Assembly (NCBI RefSeq): GCF_016127575.1
Contig: NZ_CP066018.1
Span: 300,001-332,000 of the forward strand
DNA: 32,000 nt
Direction of reading: 5' to 3'
Source: Cupriavidus necator
GTDB taxonomy: Bacteria; Pseudomonadota; Gammaproteobacteria; Burkholderiales; Burkholderiaceae
Positions 31,410 to 32,000 of this stretch are shown one piece after another; positions within the stretch are counted from its first letter, which is position 1, and every line of letters begins with the position of its first letter. A program made the position numbers and the translations under genes. The notes beneath the pieces were generated by a model that searched no databases, had not been told where the DNA came from, and saw only the letters and a list, made by a program, of their open reading frames with translations.

Positions 31410-32000
31410 ACGCCCAGCATGCCCTGCCGTTCGATAAAGCGGATCACCTCGTCCAGGCCCTGCCCGGACTTGACGCTGCCCATCACGAACGGCCGGGCGC
31501 CGCGCATCTTGCGCGCATCGCTCTCCATCACTTCCAGCGATGCCCCGACGTATGGCGCCAGGTCCGTCTTGTTGATCACCAGCAAGTCGGACTTGGTAAT
31601 GCCCGGCCCACCCTTTCTCGGAATCTTCTCACCGCCGGCTACGTCGATGACGTAGATCGTCAAATCAGAAAGTTCTGGGCTGAAGGTGGCAGCGAGGTTG
31701 TCGCCGCCGGACTCGATGAAGACCACGTCAGCATCCGGGAAGCGCGCCAGCATGCGGTCCACCGCCTCCAGGTTGATCGAGGCGTCCTCGCGGATCGCGG
31801 TGTGCGGACATCCGCCCGTTTCCACGCCCATGATGCGTTCCGCCGGCAACGCGCCGGAGACCGTCAGGAGACGCTGGTCCTCCTTCGTGTAGATGTCGTT
31901 GGTGATGGCAACCAGGTCGTAGCGGTCGCGCATCGCCTTGCACAGCATTTCCAGCAGCGTGGTCTTGCCGGAGCCAACCGGGCCGCCGACGCCGACGCGC
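31406..32000 (-). CDS. ureG: Urease accessory GTPase UreG (N-terminus beyond window edge)
   Basis: The reverse translation reaches the window edge with [42 protein letters not shown] ... [11 protein letters not shown] ... ESGGDNL ... [10 protein letters not shown], the canonical UreG sequence. Stop at 31406-31408. Confidence 0.93.
   Translation of the reverse strand, partial: RVGVGGPVGSGKTTLLEMLCKAMRDRYDLVAITNDIYTKEDQRLLTVSGALPAERIMGVETGGCPHTAIREDASINLEAVDRMLARFPDADVVFIESGGDNLAATFSPELSDLTIYVIDVAGGEKIPRKGGPGITKSDLLVINKTDLAPYVGASLEVMESDARKMRGARPFVMGSVKSGQGLDEVIRFIERQGMLGV

Noticed and set aside
1-32000. Search for tRNA/rRNA genes, CRISPR arrays, toxin-antitoxin pairs, restriction-modification or other known defence modules
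   Set aside because: I saw no T-loop/acceptor-like tRNA signatures, rRNA-like segments or spaced repeats. No nuclease, methylase, helicase or ATPase cassettes typical of defence systems are present. The only toxin-family gene is the solitary PIN protein, reported above.

Overview
GC-rich chromosomal segment (about two-thirds G+C by eye, strong GC3 bias). The gene content looks like Burkholderiaceae such as Cupriavidus or Ralstonia: two orphan Bug/TctC binding proteins, four LysR regulators and many CoA-pathway enzymes. That taxon call is inference only. I support 29 CDS. In order they are: a CoxE-like VWA protein (5' truncated); a minus-strand operon of benzoylformate decarboxylase, aromatic aldehyde dehydrogenase and a Bug binding protein with a divergent LysR; a GcvA-like LysR divergent from a second Bug protein and an N-formylglutamate-amidohydrolase-family enzyme; a lipoprotein with an Ala/Pro linker and a Lys/Ser tail behind a low-GC intergenic region; YaaA and an M14 cytosolic-type carboxypeptidase; a solitary PIN-domain protein; a class I/II aminotransferase; a GST; a plus-strand operon of PaaH-architecture 3-hydroxyacyl-CoA dehydrogenase, enoyl-CoA hydratase, histidine phosphatase and an ACAD10/11-N-type phosphotransferase; a 6.9 kb envelope block (gamma-glutamyltransferase lipoprotein, YfbK-type VWA lipoprotein, ECF sigma, atypical anti-sigma, CAP-domain lipoprotein); a LysR divergent from a FadE2/ACAD10-11-type acyl-CoA dehydrogenase; a Nu-class GST; an uncharacterised cupin-like protein divergent from an XRE regulator; and the 3' part of ureG. 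I found no rRNA, tRNA, CRISPR array, transposase, integrase, phage gene or recognisable defence system. Three things deserve a second look. First, a kinase, phosphatase and ACAD set that fits a 4-hydroxyacyl-CoA phospho-elimination route, split by the envelope block. Second, the VWA lipoprotein with its ECF sigma and non-canonical anti-sigma, flanked by two more lipoproteins. Third, an orphan Bug binding protein hard-wired to a benzoylformate decarboxylase operon. None is proven novel from sequence alone. Many very long ORFs in the track are antisense artefacts of the high GC content.
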